Below, one piece after another: positions 16,833 to 18,391 of a stretch of DNA of 18,391 nt (the stretch's first letter is position 1; each line of letters starts with the position of its first letter). Made by a program: the position numbers and the translations under genes. A model generated the notes under the pieces. That model was not told the DNA's origin and searched no databases. It worked only from the letters and a program-made list of their open reading frames with translations. Origin of the DNA: Salinispira sp. (GTDB lineage Bacteria > Spirochaetota > Spirochaetia > DSM-27196 > Salinispiraceae); the NCBI GenBank assembly GCA_965226555.1, contig CBDDDG010000020.1, positions 1-18,391 on the forward strand, in the 5' to 3' direction.

Positions 16833-17558
16833 TCAGGCCTCTGTGCCTGATGTTACATTTCCATTTTCATCAAAATTAACATCTGTTCCGCCCCGATAGG
16901 TTACGCCGTTTATGGTCTGGTCTCCGGCAAGTCTTCCTACCCTTACCTGTCCGTTTTCGTAAAAATAAATAGGAGCATAAAAAACCTCTGTTCCAATTAA
17001 ATATGCTCCAAGGTATGTTACCCCGTTTATTTCTGTATCTTCGGCAAGGTAACCTCTATTCACCTGTCCGTCCGGGTAAAAGGAAATAAAGGAAAAAACA
17101 TTAAAAAAAACATTACTCCCTGTATAGGTTACCCCGTTTATTTCTGTATCTTCGGCAAGGTAGCCATACGCTACTTGTCCAGTTTCATAAATTGAAACAT
17201 AACCTGCTCGATAGGTTATGCCGTTTATCTCTGTATTTTCGGTAAGGTATTGGCTGTATATCGTGATTCCGGGTAATGATATTTCTGGCTCTTTCGTAGG
17301 TTCTGATGTTGGCGGTGTGGGTTCTGATGTTGGCGGTGTAGGTTCTGATGTTGGCGGTGTAGGTTCTGATGTTGGCGGTGTGGGTTCTGATGTTGGCGGT
17401 GTAGGTTCTGATGTTGGCGGTGTAGGTTCTGATGTTGGCGGTGTAGGTTTCTGTCCAGTAACAGGTTCTATATCACATGAAGTGAATAATGCCGTTAGCA
17501 ATAGGCATATAATAACAAATAACTTTTTCATGCTTCCTGTTATTAATAGTTTTCGCAT
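16833..17558 (-). CDS. Lipoprotein with Pro/Thr-rich stalk and four C-terminal beta-repeat units (MORN-variant-like)
   Basis: SD AAGGAGG before ATG 17558; signal peptide ending LFTS-C28; (PTPPTSE)7; repeats of F/IYxxGQVxxGxLAEDTEINGVTY. Confidence 0.85.
   Translation of the reverse strand: MRKLLITGSMKKLFVIICLLLTALFTSCDIEPVTGQKPTPPTSEPTPPTSEPTPPTSEPTPPTSEPTPPTSEPTPPTSEPTPPTSEPTKEPEISLPGITIYSQYLTENTEINGITYRAGYVSIYETGQVAYGYLAEDTEINGVTYTGSNVFFNVFSFISFYPDGQVNRGYLAEDTEINGVTYLGAYLIGTEVFYAPIYFYENGQVRVGRLAGDQTINGVTYRGGTDVNFDENGNVTSGTEA
17017..17162. repeat. 35-bp exact direct repeat, 111-bp period, within the lipoprotein gene
   Basis: gttaccccgtttatttctgtatcttcggcaaggta at 17017-17051 and 17128-17162 (encodes YLAEDTEINGVT). 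Confidence 0.9.
17296..17449. repeat. 21-bp VNTR, 7 full units plus a partial unit
   Basis: GTRGGTTCTGATGTTGGCGGT x7. The only variant (A>G) occurs in units 2 and 5. Confidence 0.97.
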
Positions 17559-17587
17559 TTGAAAACCTCCTTTTTAGTTTCCTTTCC

Positions 17588-17617
17588 CTTATACCTCTCT
17601 ATAACATATGCCGTCAA
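17588..17617 (-). promoter_or_regulatory. Candidate sigma70 promoter for the lipoprotein gene
   Basis: Minus strand TTGACG (plus 17612-17617), 18 bp spacer, TATAAG (plus 17588-17593), followed by the SD and ATG. Confidence 0.45.
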
Positions 17618-17635
17618 GCACTTTCTGCGATATGG

Positions 17636-17870
17636 GGCGAATTCAACCATACATGCGCCACCTCCCTGCCCTCTGAGATATAGTGAGTATAGAAATAAAA
17701 CCACTACGAGGAGGACAAAAAGGTGGTGCACAGACAGTATAATCAGTTGGATACGGATAAGTGATGAGGATATTGCCTATTATCGACGAAAAGGATATCC
17801 CGTCAGGGAGATAGCCCGGGCCATTGGGTGTTGCCATACGACCATTTACCGCGAAGTGAACCGTTGCTCC
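17636..17870 (+). mobile_element. IS30-family remnant: probable left end plus frameshifted N-terminal transposase HTH
   Basis: AGGAGG then GTG-VHRQYNQLDTDK*, continuing in another frame as EDIAYYRRKGYPVREIARAIGCCHTTIYREVNR (IS30-type HTH). GGCGAATTCAACCATACATGCGCCACC (17636-17662) resembles IS30-family terminal repeats as recalled. No DDE domain. Confidence 0.75.
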
Positions 17871-18003
17871 ATTATGATCGGCTTGAGCCGGAGAATATCA
17901 CTATCCACATTGGTATTCCGCTGCCTCAAAAGATCCATCGGAGTCCCTTTTCGGTAGGTGTTGAACCGCCGGTGGCGATGAGTTCAGCGTTAGTGAACGT
18001 ATC

Positions 18004-18068
18004 AATGAGGATTCTCTCATCACAGAAAATTGTGCTCTGCACAATTTTCAAATGAGGATTCTCTCATC
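18004..18068. repeat. Palindromic element copy 3 flanked by exact 18-bp direct repeats
   Basis: AATGAGGATTCTCTCATC (18004-18021 and 18051-18068) surrounds aca-GAAAATTGTGC-tct-GCACAATTTTC-a. Confidence 0.9.
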
Positions 18069-18069
18069 C

Positions 18070-18190
18070 ATATTCTTGATTCTCTCAAGGTATAGAAAGT
18101 TTTGCCACAGGCAAAACTTTGTTATACTCTTGATTCTCTCACGGTATAGAAAGTTTTGCCTCAGGCAAAACTTTGTTGTGGCAAAACTTT
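18070..18190. repeat. Two tandem 54-bp units, each carrying a palindromic element (copies 4 and 5), plus an extra right half-site
   Basis: Units 18070-18123 and 18124-18177 differ at 3 positions. Hairpins are AAAGTTTTGCC-aca/tca-GGCAAAACTTT at 18096-18120 and 18150-18174. An orphan GGCAAAACTTT lies at 18180-18190. Confidence 0.93.
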
Positions 18191-18391
18191 GGTGATGAAG
18201 TAGACATCTATTGGTTTTGGTTTCCCCATTTTATCGTTAAAACGGCACCTTGTTTTGTAAATAATATCGGAGATGGAATGCTTGGGTTCGTCTTTGTGGA
18301 TATGCTCTGTAGGGATGCTCCTCGCGCTCCCCGGGACAATGCTCCGCGCGAGGTCTTTGTTGAAATATGAGTATATGAAGTCCCTGAATAT
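18161..18391 (-). pseudogene. Truncated Rpn/YhgA-like (Transposase_31, PD-(D/E)xK) nuclease, entering from beyond the window edge
   Basis: Not in the ORF track. Open frame IFRDFIYSYFNKDLARSIVPGSARSIPTEHIHKDEPKHSISDIIYKTRCRFNDKMGKPKPIDVYFI-TKVLPQQSFA*. The pattern RDF..Y...L......PT..I......SDIIY.....VYFI matches the Rpn N-terminus, but the expected EHQS motif is replaced by repeat-derived sequence. Confidence 0.6.

Noticed and set aside
644..16899. Numerous short overlapping or antisense ORFs in the track (e.g. 3280..3867, 5638..6204, 6948..7487, 9980..10534, 14203..14886)
   Set aside because: They overlap well-supported genes, lack recognisable motifs and are expected shadow ORFs.
17296..17449. 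CRISPR or antisense gene (ORF 17218..17562 +) at the 21-bp repeat
   Set aside because: The units are head-to-tail with no spacers and lie in frame in the lipoprotein gene. The plus-strand ORF is a shadow of the repeat.
17559..17957. Intact 132-aa HTH protein as given in the ORF track
   Set aside because: It starts at a TTG inside the lipoprotein promoter region. Only the middle third looks protein-like, so a frameshifted IS30 fragment explains it better.
17957..17977. Right inverted repeat of the IS30 remnant (GTTGAACCGCC / GGTGGCG)
   Set aside because: Only short, non-collinear matches to the reverse complement of 17636-17662, which could be chance.
18004..18190. Mini CRISPR array (repeat-spacer-repeat look of the 18-bp and 54-bp repeats)
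   Set aside because: The 18-bp repeat is too short and has only two copies, and its spacer is itself a family palindrome. The 54-bp units have no unique spacers, and no cas genes are in the window.
18173..18370. 65-aa plus-strand ORF
   Set aside because: It starts within the palindrome and is antisense to the more convincing Rpn-like frame.

Overview
Bacterial chromosomal segment, most likely from a spirochete. This is inferred from the long spirochete-type thymidine kinase, the hflK-hflC-murE-ddl neighbourhood and the EDPR motif in MurE. The left arm (minus strand) carries an FN3+DUF285 surface lipoprotein, then tightly coupled tdk, an ABC exporter and a membrane-anchored LuxR regulator, and finally a partial NAD-dependent epimerase/SDR gene. 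The centre (plus strand) carries hflK, hflC, murE, ddl, a large polytopic membrane protein, dinB and dapL. The right end has a repeat-rich lipoprotein and a decayed mobile-DNA zone with an IS30 transposase remnant and a truncated Rpn/YhgA-like nuclease that is missing from the ORF track. The most unusual signal is a dispersed family of 25-29 bp palindromes, consensus AYAG-AAANTTKTGC-N3/5-GCAMAANTTT. Five full copies lie in two clusters 11.5 kb apart and show compensatory base changes. They sit in the hflKC leader and at the breakpoints of broken genes. Also notable are many frame-preserving micro-duplications in housekeeping genes and two candidate leaderless promoters, one with a phased LuxR-type operator. 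No rRNA, tRNA, CRISPR array or complete defence system was seen. All homology calls come from motif recognition, not database searches.
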